Shown here: positions 52,043-59,911 of the stretch, in pieces
Layout of the letters: every line of letters begins with the position of its first letter
How positions within the stretch are numbered: the stretch's first letter is position 1
The notes under the pieces: generated by a model
The model's database searches: none
What the model saw: the letters and a program-made list of their open reading frames with translations, nothing else
What the model was told of the DNA's origin: nothing
Made by a program: the position numbers and the translations under genes
Source of the DNA: a virus
Taxonomy: Duplodnaviria > Caudoviricetes
Strand: one strand, 5' to 3'
IMG/VR virus record: IMGVR_UViG_3300042363_001351
Location: 1 to 64,000 of that record
DNA: 64,000 bases

Positions 52043-52773
52043 TGTGTGAGAGATGTTATAATATATTTTAATTTAATACTATTATTTAAGATATCAATAA
52101 CGGTTACACCGTATTCTGTGTTAATACCGAAATTTATATCTTCATTAATAAAAGACAATAATTTAATATTATCAAAGTTTAGAGGTAGAGGAGATAGTTC
52201 AAAATTCACCTCTCCTAGATCAATAGCAAAAACATCAGTATTATGTCTTGCTCTATCTGTTAATTCACCCTTTAACCTACCACTTTCGGTATAGAGATAT
52301 AGCTTGTTAGTCTCTGACGCAAAAGTACTACCTTTAATAATTGAGTTAATTGTATCTTTCTTAAGAGTAAACTTAACGTTGTAGTTAAAGCTTTTAATCT
52401 TATCTATATTGATAGACGGCTTAGTTAAAAAGCCATCTTCATAAAGATGATATTTAAACTTTAGTGATTTACCTTTATATTCTATATTGTTAGAGTTAAC
52501 AAACAGGCTAACGTCCTTTGTATCAATCGAATCTACAACTCTAGTAAGTTTCTTAATATCAGGAATATTAATACTACCATTATAGTTTACGTCTATATTT
52601 GACAGTTCGCTATATAATATAAGAGTATTATCTGCTGAAGATATTAGTGAGGATATTAAACCAAGATCTTGATTTGCGTTTAATATAGTCGACTCGTTTA
52701 TTTTCGAGATCGCCTCTAGGTACTTGATGCAGTCAATCCGATTTGGAAGCTTTAGTTCTCTTTGGTTTGCCAT
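52039..52773 (-). CDS. gp45: DNA polymerase sliding clamp (gp45-like)
   Basis: About 240 aa; L.AISKIN.S.IL N-terminus, I.DIKKL..V, two-domain clamp-like pattern; position in the replication module. Confidence 0.7.
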   Translation of the reverse strand: MANQRELKLPNRIDCIKYLEAISKINESTILNANQDLGLISSLISSADNTLILYSELSNIDVNYNGSINIPDIKKLTRVVDSIDTKDVSLFVNSNNIEYKGKSLKFKYHLYEDGFLTKPSINIDKIKSFNYNVKFTLKKDTINSIIKGSTFASETNKLYLYTESGRLKGELTDRARHNTDVFAIDLGEVNFELSPLPLNFDNIKLLSFINEDINFGINTEYGVTVIDILNNSIKLKYIITSLTQ

Positions 52774-53161
52774 TCTGTTTTTCTAGTATATCACCTATTC
52801 TAGCTAAGTTCAAGTTAATTTCTTTTAGAATATCAACTATATCATTATTATGAGGTGCTGGTTTAAATTCCTCTACTGGTGTTACATGTGATTGTTCCAC
52901 TACAGCAGGTTCCTGAATGGGTTGAACAGGCTCTATAACAGGCTGTATAGGAGGTTCAATATATTGCTGTGGTGGAGCTTGTTGCATCTCAGCCTGTACA
53001 GGAATACGCAAAGCCTGTTCAAACTGATGCTGTATGTTAGGACTTACCGGTTTAACAAATTGCGAGCTACCCACAATCATCTGATCGGTTTGTTTAGCTT
53101 GCGCGTGTACAGTTCCGAAAAACTGTACTAACGCGCGCTGTTCATCTGGAGTCATGTTCAT
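52733..53161 (-). CDS. Hypothetical Gln/Pro-rich protein
   Basis: PIQP-like low-complexity repeats; start overlaps the stop of the extended gp32 frame. Confidence 0.6.
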   Translation of the reverse strand: MNMTPDEQRALVQFFGTVHAQAKQTDQMIVGSSQFVKPVSPNIQHQFEQALRIPVQAEMQQAPPQQYIEPPIQPVIEPVQPIQEPAVVEQSHVTPVEEFKPAPHNNDIVDILKEINLNLARIGDILEKQNGKPKRTKASKSD

Positions 53162-54002
53162 AGATCCTTAAGAAGCTCGTCAATATCATCATCAATAGAA
53201 CTCTCTACCTGTACAGAATCAGTCTGTTTTGTAAAGGTTGGAATTGGTGCACTATCGTAAGAGTCATGCTTCACTTCCGTTTAGATTTAGTATTCTTGAC
53301 ATAGAAGTGCTCATCAAGCATCTGCTTCAATTCGTCATAAGACTTAAGAGTATAGACTTTAGCAAGATCGAAGACACTATCGTAAATCTTCTTTTGTTCA
53401 TCATCGCTAAGATTCAACTTACCAGCAGAGGTAAAGCGTGAAGAGACATAGGTAGGATATTCGCCTTGATTCTCACACTTAATTTTAAAATTAACTCCAT
53501 TAGCTCCAAGATCAAAAATTCGTGGACCGAACTCTTCAGCATCCTCACCTTCAATAGCCTCCATAATAATTTTATGAACTTGTTTACCGTAACGAAGCAT
53601 CTTAACCTTGCCGTTATTATCAGGATTGGTTGGATCGTCAATTACATATACATTAACGAGATACTTCTCGAGTCGCTTAATAGCTTTAACCTTCTCCTTT
53701 TCATCTTCAGTACCTGTACGAAGAATGCGGAATCTCTCCTCAGCGATTGGATCTCTTTCACCGAAGGTCATAGGAGATAGAGACTGAACGTACTGTCCTG
53801 TCGCGAAGGATACCCATCCATGGTTGAAGTAGTGGAAGAATGTATTCTTAGGATCTTTTGCAAATGGTAGCAATCTCACAGTGTAGGTATTACCAGGAGT
53901 AGTTTTTAGGATTTCAGTATAAGTTGCAGTATTGTTTTCGCTATCGTTTTTTGATAGTGCATCTTTAATGGATTGAAACATTGACGTGTTAAATGTACTC
54001 AT
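53158..54002 (-). CDS. gp32: Single-stranded DNA-binding protein (gp32-like); main ORF ends at 53271 and the acidic tail lies in the -1 frame to 53158
   Basis: VRLLP, H.F.HG, NVYVIDDP.NPDNNGKVK..RYGK, IFD...G.NFKIK, YPTY.SS.F; shifted tail ...SSIDDDIDELLKDL*. Confidence 0.88.
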
Positions 54003-54025
54003 AATTTTATTGTTTGTTATATGTT

Positions 54026-54691
54026 CTATTTTAGGCTCGTTATTTTACTTTTCAACAATTGTTTTTCGATTATTGAAAACGCTTCTCTTATTACATTTTT
54101 CAACCGAGTTGATCGTTGAAAATTAACTCTAGTCTCATTTAGTAAATTTTGAAAGTTTGACACAAAAAAATCTAATAATTCTGCTTCTACCTGTCTAATG
54201 GTTTTGTCGCATTGCAGGCCGTGAATTATATAGAAGTTAATTTTATGCTCTCTTAAGTGCTGAACTACTATAGGTGTTGTACCGTTAATATTTGTCTTAT
54301 ATTCTTGAAGAGTTAGATTATTTTCTCTACAATATCTATATATAAACGAACAGCACTCTTTACATCTATTAATGGTATTCTCACTATCTGGATCTTGCGT
54401 TTCCCTTTTCTTTTGATATAAGGAATAACACTTTAAAGCTTTCGATGTGAGATAGTAATGTAAATCAAAGTAATTTTCCGTTCCGTAATAATCATAAGGA
54501 GCTGTAAAGAAGTCTATCTGCCTTATATTATTGTTTTTCTCAAAAAAGATGCTTAGTTTTTTAAGTGTGGTGTAGGATTGATCATCGAGAGAGCTAAAGT
54601 CTTGTCTTAGTTTAAACGGCTTGTTTTTTATTGTTCTGCCTGCGATAAGGTATGAGTTATAAATAGCTTTCTCTTTTTCTGTTAAAGGCAT
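54026..54691 (-). CDS. Hypothetical protein, possible helicase loader (gp59 size and position)
   Basis: 221 aa basic protein directly upstream of gp32; assignment is positional only. Confidence 0.4.
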   Translation of the reverse strand: MPLTEKEKAIYNSYLIAGRTIKNKPFKLRQDFSSLDDQSYTTLKKLSIFFEKNNNIRQIDFFTAPYDYYGTENYFDLHYYLTSKALKCYSLYQKKRETQDPDSENTINRCKECCSFIYRYCRENNLTLQEYKTNINGTTPIVVQHLREHKINFYIIHGLQCDKTIRQVEAELLDFFVSNFQNLLNETRVNFQRSTRLKNVIREAFSIIEKQLLKSKITSLK

Positions 54692-54978
54692 CTTCGTTTA
54701 TTACTATTAATATATTTCGTTATATATTTGCTTTTAGTTATGGTAGGATCATACTCTAAAAATATTTTAACTATTTCATAGTTAGAATCAACTCCTAAAA
54801 GATCTTTTAATATAACGCGCAGTTTTTCATCTTGTAAAATTAAAATAAAAACATTCTGCAATGATAGTTTCTTACCCTTTAGTAGTGTACAGAAAGAGCA
54901 AAAAGATAATAGTATATGCTCACTTTCTCTATCTATTATATCTTGCGACGGATTAATTGTAGTGGTTTTTATGAACAT
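54682..54978 (-). CDS. Hypothetical protein
   Basis: Overlaps both neighbours in the operon. Confidence 0.6.
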   Translation of the reverse strand: MFIKTTTINPSQDIIDRESEHILLSFCSFCTLLKGKKLSLQNVFILILQDEKLRVILKDLLGVDSNYEIVKIFLEYDPTITKSKYITKYINSNKRRCL

Positions 54979-55412
54979 TTGATGAATTTCTTTGTTAGGT
55001 TAATAAAACTATCTGTTAGCTTTCCTGCTGCAAGAACATCTGTCGATTCATCGCACTCCCCGTCGCTTAAAATTTGTGCAAGCTTGCATAGATCAATTTT
55101 ACATGTTATATTATTTTTCTTAAAAATAATTCTTCGCTCTGTTAGTATTACAATTATTGCGATATCAGCGCCGTAATTGTTAATCATCCTCGAATGAAGT
55201 TCTTCATAAAATCCTTCCGCGAAACAGCTTACTACCTTATATTCTTTTATAGTACCGGCAAAGAAATTAGTATTATCAATTACATCTTTATATTTAGAAA
55301 TATAAAGTTTTATTTCATTGAGCTCTTCAACACTAAAATCACGCTTACCAGAACGGTAATCTTTAATATTAGACTTTAATTTATTATTCGTATAATAATC
55401 AAAAATTTTCAC
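54969..55412 (-). CDS. Degenerate stand-alone DHHA1-like domain (C-terminal half of a DHH phosphoesterase)
   Basis: ADIAIIV....RIIFKK......DLCKLA....G......AAG fits DHHA1, but GGGH is absent. Confidence 0.45.
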   Translation of the reverse strand: MKIFDYYTNNKLKSNIKDYRSGKRDFSVEELNEIKLYISKYKDVIDNTNFFAGTIKEYKVVSCFAEGFYEELHSRMINNYGADIAIIVILTERRIIFKKNNITCKIDLCKLAQILSDGECDESTDVLAAGKLTDSFINLTKKFIKCS

Positions 55413-55442
55413 TGCATCTATTTATTAGTGAAGGGAACTTTA

Positions 55443-56759
55443 TCAACCTGATAATAATTGTAACGTATTGAACGTTTCATCCTCACTGCTAATAGAATCT
55501 CCCTCAGCCTGTGTAATAGTGAGAGTTGAATAATCAATTCTCATAGGCTGTGTATGGCCTCTTGGACCATATCTATTCTTCATCATACCCAATCTAATGA
55601 TACCTAAATCTCTGTCTTCTTCGTTTTGAAAGATTGAAACAATTACATCTGCTGTAGCGGCTAGACCAACTGATTCTGAGATTGTTGCAAGGTCGGGATT
55701 GTCTGTATTAAATCCTGAACGATTTAATTGAGTTGCAGAAATTATAGGACAATTAAAAATATAAGACATTGCTCTAACCTGCTCTGTTACATTTTTTATT
55801 CTTTCATAAGAGTTGGTACCAACAGACGAGTGCAACAAGTTAAGATAGTCGAGAACTATAGCGTGAATTGGTACGCCAGTATCTGTAAGCTTTTTAACAA
55901 AAGCCTTAAGCTGATTGGGTGTAATGGTTGAAGGTGGAAACTCCTTAATAAAGATTCTACCTTTATCCGCTTCTTTTTGATCTTTAATTGCCTGTCTAAG
56001 AGAATGTGTGTTAGTAGCAAGATCTTTAAGAGGTATCTTACTTACGTTAGTACATATACGGCGCGCGTATAGCAGCTCTGACATCTCTAAGGTAATTAAC
56101 AAAACGTTCTTACCCTGATTAGCTATATTGGCAGCAATATTACCGAGAAAGATAGACTTACCAATATTTGTCTCACCGGCAAATACATACAATGATCTAC
56201 CATTTTCAAGAAAGCCTCCATTTAAGGCATCATCCAACCACTCCCACTTGCTTGGAATAGCTTTTTGTACGTTACAAAGATCATCAATAAGAACTTCAAT
56301 GTTATTATACAAATCAAATCCTGTATCTGTAACAAGATTAATATTACACGACTTCTCAATCTTATCTAAAATCTGTGATGTATCGATATTACCCTTAGAT
56401 ATATCACCGGCTACATCTAGCATCGTATTGTATACGGCCTTCTCTTTAAGAAATTGCTCTGTATTATCATAGAGTTCGTCTTTGTCGATATTTTTATCAA
56501 TATCTTTTAACGACTCTACGAGATTTTTAAAAGACGTCCTTAGGTCATCCGTAGTTAGGTATGATTTTACCTCAGTAAGTGTTGGGAGCTTGCTACGCTT
56601 CTCATAAAACTCTGAAATAATACTAAAGACACTAGCAATATTTTTATCTTTAAAATATTTAGGCTTAACATAGTCAGCAATAGATGCAAGATATGTAGAA
56701 TCAAAAAGTGCTTTATAGCAAAGCACTTTTTCAAAATAATCATTATCTAGTTTACTCAC
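55443..56759 (-). CDS. gp41: Replicative DnaB-like helicase (gp41-like; probable GTG start at 56759)
   Basis: Walker A GETNIGKS, TLEMSE, IKEFP, VLDYLN, SATQLNRSG, ISES, KNRYG. Confidence 0.95.
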   Translation of the reverse strand: MSKLDNDYFEKVLCYKALFDSTYLASIADYVKPKYFKDKNIASVFSIISEFYEKRSKLPTLTEVKSYLTTDDLRTSFKNLVESLKDIDKNIDKDELYDNTEQFLKEKAVYNTMLDVAGDISKGNIDTSQILDKIEKSCNINLVTDTGFDLYNNIEVLIDDLCNVQKAIPSKWEWLDDALNGGFLENGRSLYVFAGETNIGKSIFLGNIAANIANQGKNVLLITLEMSELLYARRICTNVSKIPLKDLATNTHSLRQAIKDQKEADKGRIFIKEFPPSTITPNQLKAFVKKLTDTGVPIHAIVLDYLNLLHSSVGTNSYERIKNVTEQVRAMSYIFNCPIISATQLNRSGFNTDNPDLATISESVGLAATADVIVSIFQNEEDRDLGIIRLGMMKNRYGPRGHTQPMRIDYSTLTITQAEGDSISSEDETFNTLQLLSG

Positions 56760-56766
56760 AATTGTA

Positions 56767-57423
56767 TTATAACTTACCTTTCCATTTTTCAAGGAACCAC
56801 CTTTGACCCTCATTAAACTCCTCTGTAAACTCTTTCAATCCTGGAGAAGCATGAGTGATCATAATATCTGAAACGCCTAGTTTTAAACCTTCTTTATGGC
56901 ATGAAAGACTGTAATCTAAATCATAAAAGTGAAATCCTGCAGGATTGGTTTCGTCGAATCTTACCTTTGTAAAAGCTGTTTTATTAATACAAAGAAAAAC
57001 TCCATCTAGTAGCAAGACCCTTTTAGGATAAGAGCCGAAAAACGTCATAGATTTATTTTTTTCATCTCCATGTGCTACTGCCCCATGGAGCTTACCAGAA
57101 CCGAATCCTCCCCCCATAATGTGCCATAGTGCAGGTTCCTGTAATTTACATTCCGTACTACCTGCAACTCCAATTACATCAAAAGATTCCATAATAGAAG
57201 GTAATCTATACGCTAGATCTGATTCTATAATTACATCGTCATGACACAGGACGATAGCGTCAAAATTCTCCTCAATAGCAAAATCAATAGCCTTGTTATA
57301 TACCTTAGGTAGAGATTCAGTGTTATTTTCCTTAAAAATAAAGCTATTATAAGCAGAGTGATTTTTATTTAGTAGGGTGTTCTTCCTACTACCTTTAGTT
57401 GCAGAAAAATAAAATATATTCAT
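56767..57423 (-). CDS. GT-A fold glycosyltransferase (GT2-like; start corrected to 57423)
   Basis: YNKAI...VLCHDDV, DVIGVAG, LLDGVFL, FDE....FHFYDLD, H.S.G; ATGA overlap with the amidotransferase stop. Confidence 0.8.
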   Translation of the reverse strand: MNIFYFSATKGSRKNTLLNKNHSAYNSFIFKENNTESLPKVYNKAIDFAIEENFDAIVLCHDDVIIESDLAYRLPSIMESFDVIGVAGSTECKLQEPALWHIMGGGFGSGKLHGAVAHGDEKNKSMTFFGSYPKRVLLLDGVFLCINKTAFTKVRFDETNPAGFHFYDLDYSLSCHKEGLKLGVSDIMITHASPGLKEFTEEFNEGQRWFLEKWKGKL

Positions 57424-58085
57424 AAAAATAAAAATGGTGATTTTGTTTCGAAATGATTTACTACCTCCCAAGATTTGTAGTCCTTAAGCATTAAAATCGT
57501 ACCCTCTGGAACCAGTTTAAATCCCTCACCTCCTAAGGTTGAAAAGTCGCCGTTATCGTTATAATGCAAGATGGAGCCCTGTCTTGCAATATAAACATCA
57601 TTAGAGTCAGTATCAATCATACATAACGCAAAAGTACCTTCAAGTAAGCTTAACACTCTTTTAATTGTTTCGTGAGCAGGGCACTCGCCACTACACTCCT
57701 CTGTAAAGTGCTGTAGTAAATTTGGAATAACAGCTGTATCAACAGGATTAACATCCCAATCGATATGTTTAGCTCTTATTTCTTTATAATTTGTTAATAC
57801 TCCGTTATGAACTACGGACCAGGATAGAGATTCGAAAGGATGCGAGGTATCATAAGACCAGGTTCGTTTCGCAGACGTAGGTGCTTGAACGTGTCCAATA
57901 AAATAATTGTTTATATCGTCCAATTGAACATGATCAAAGTCAATAGTACCCTTCTTTTTAAGAACCATTTGATCACCACCACTATTAAGACCTATCAACC
58001 CTGATGCAAAGTTACCTCTAGGTAGATTTGCTTGATATAGTACCTCAAACTTAGACGAATTATTAGCTCCAACTATAGCACACAT
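57420..58085 (-). CDS. Class II (Ntn) glutamine amidotransferase domain protein
   Basis: N-terminal nucleophile MCAIVG, RG, GH.QAPT, HPF, HNGVL.N, DTAVI, GTFA. Confidence 0.88.
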   Translation of the reverse strand: MCAIVGANNSSKFEVLYQANLPRGNFASGLIGLNSGGDQMVLKKKGTIDFDHVQLDDINNYFIGHVQAPTSAKRTWSYDTSHPFESLSWSVVHNGVLTNYKEIRAKHIDWDVNPVDTAVIPNLLQHFTEECSGECPAHETIKRVLSLLEGTFALCMIDTDSNDVYIARQGSILHYNDNGDFSTLGGEGFKLVPEGTILMLKDYKSWEVVNHFETKSPFLFL

Positions 58086-58408
58086 TACTTTACAAGATAT
58101 TCTCGCTTATCTTTTGGAATTCTCCAGAAAAAATCAATTTTTCCCGTAAGAATGTTTTTAGCAAGTGAAAAATCTGGGTATTCTATACCATCTTCCATAA
58201 GATACCATGATTTTCTCTCCTTTTTAATCTTCTCAATACCTAGATTCTTAAGAGTCTTACTACCCAAGCCTTTAATCTTAAATAAATCGTTGTTAGATCT
58301 GAAAGGTCTATTAGCTATAATACGTTCAGCTGCTTTTTTACCTATTCCAGGAAGCTTGCAGATGCTATTAAATGACATTTCGTTAAAATCTCGCCAATTT
58401 AAGTTCAT
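58085..58408 (-). CDS. ComEA-like tandem helix-hairpin-helix DNA-binding protein
   Basis: LPGIGKKAAERII..RPF...DL.KIKGLG.KTL; stop overlaps the amidotransferase start (TAATG). Confidence 0.85.
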   Translation of the reverse strand: MNLNWRDFNEMSFNSICKLPGIGKKAAERIIANRPFRSNNDLFKIKGLGSKTLKNLGIEKIKKERKSWYLMEDGIEYPDFSLAKNILTGKIDFFWRIPKDKREYLVK

Positions 58409-58426
58409 ATTGTATAAATATAGTAT

Positions 58427-59911
58427 ATGAGTTCCTTTACAAAGCTACTATCTAGACTCACTTCTTTAAATGAAGCAAAAACTTCACCAATGGAGAAAAT
58501 AATGCCCGGGTTTCAATCACAGGCTCGTGCTCTTGCTAAATCAAGAGGTGCGTCGTCTGGTACGAGAGAGGGTCGCCTAGCTATGTTGGGTATTTTGTTT
58601 GATTTGGATATAATCGACGATTCAATAGTTAGAATGTTTAAAAATGACCCTTCAGTAAGTAGAATGGTGGAGTATTTTGAAGCTAACGGTATTGCTTCGA
58701 AGATCAAAGCAAAGCGTGATGAAATTCAAGCTCACATTAAAGATCAACTAGAAAATAAAGTAAGTTTCACTACAGGTAATAGAACTGATTCGGCTCAACA
58801 GCGATATGAAGTCAATAAGCTTAATGATGAACTTAAAGCGGCGAAGAAGGTAGCAAGATTAGAGCGTAAAAAAGAAACAGCAGGAGCAATGTCATCTATG
58901 AGTCAAACAGTAGATATGTATGATGATCTTATTGGATCTCTTGAATCTTCTTATAGTAGCGAGTATATGTTGGAAATAGTTGCAGATAGAGATAGTGATC
59001 TAAACGATATAACACAAATTGTAAAATATTTATCAAAGTTCGTAAATGCTGAAGATATAGAGGTTGAAGGAAGAAGCGTTGATGTAGTATTTGGTGCTTC
59101 TAGCAAGCTTGGTAAGATAATATCTAAAATGGGTATAGAGAAAATCGAAAGACAGATAGCTGATGATCTTAAGCCATATGGCGGGGCTGGTGTTATAATA
59201 CACGAACCAGATATTGATAAGAAAGACATGATTGGTAATATCAAGCCAGCTTCAATAGAGGATGAAGAATACTCTAGCGAGGAAGAAGATCAATTAGAAG
59301 GTAATGATTATGAAGAATTAGCTCAAGATTATAGTTCTGGTATAAATCCTGAAGTATTAAAAGCGCAAAAACAAGCTCTTCGCTCTATCTCCGAGTCTAC
59401 CGAAGTAACAGGTACCGCTGCTTACATAAACGAAAGTTTTGGTAAAACCCTAGCAGGGGTAGCGACTGCTGGAGCTATTGGTCTTGGTGGTTTAGGAGTA
59501 ATGAAAGGTGTTAATAAAGCAACAGAATATATACAAAAAGCTTTTCCTAGCGATAAACAGCAATTTTTATCCAAAATTACTGATGAGGCAGATCGTAAGA
59601 AGATAATCGACGGACTACAGGCTCTTAGAGATGCTGGTACTGACGCTCAACTATCAGGAAAATCTGATACAGTTGTGCGTATGAGACATAAATTTAGCGA
59701 AGTTGAAAGAGAAATGCGTAAAAAATACGATATACCTAACAACATTTACTTAAGTGAAAGTCAAGAGCCTACCACATCAACCTATCTTACTGAACAAGTA
59801 AAGAGTGATAGTGTTAGAAGATCACAACCTCAACAAAATTTATTATTTAAAGATAAGTACAAACCTAAAACCTCTTGGCAATTAGAAGAGCTTAGAAAAT
59901 ACGGATTATAA
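58427..59911 (+). CDS. Hypothetical late protein, probable processed internal head protein
   Basis: TATAAATA-N6-ATG; recurring L/I-x-E motifs; opposite orientation to the flanking operon. Confidence 0.6.
   Translation: MSSFTKLLSRLTSLNEAKTSPMEKIMPGFQSQARALAKSRGASSGTREGRLAMLGILFDLDIIDDSIVRMFKNDPSVSRMVEYFEANGIASKIKAKRDEIQAHIKDQLENKVSFTTGNRTDSAQQRYEVNKLNDELKAAKKVARLERKKETAGAMSSMSQTVDMYDDLIGSLESSYSSEYMLEIVADRDSDLNDITQIVKYLSKFVNAEDIEVEGRSVDVVFGASSKLGKIISKMGIEKIERQIADDLKPYGGAGVIIHEPDIDKKDMIGNIKPASIEDEEYSSEEEDQLEGNDYEELAQDYSSGINPEVLKAQKQALRSISESTEVTGTAAYINESFGKTLAGVATAGAIGLGGLGVMKGVNKATEYIQKAFPSDKQQFLSKITDEADRKKIIDGLQALRDAGTDAQLSGKSDTVVRMRHKFSEVEREMRKKYDIPNNIYLSESQEPTTSTYLTEQVKSDSVRRSQPQQNLLFKDKYKPKTSWQLEELRKYGL

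Noticed and set aside
54682-54978. gp33 late co-activator by position before gp59/gp32
   Set aside because: Synteny fits, but no recognisable gp33 sequence pattern; left as hypothetical.
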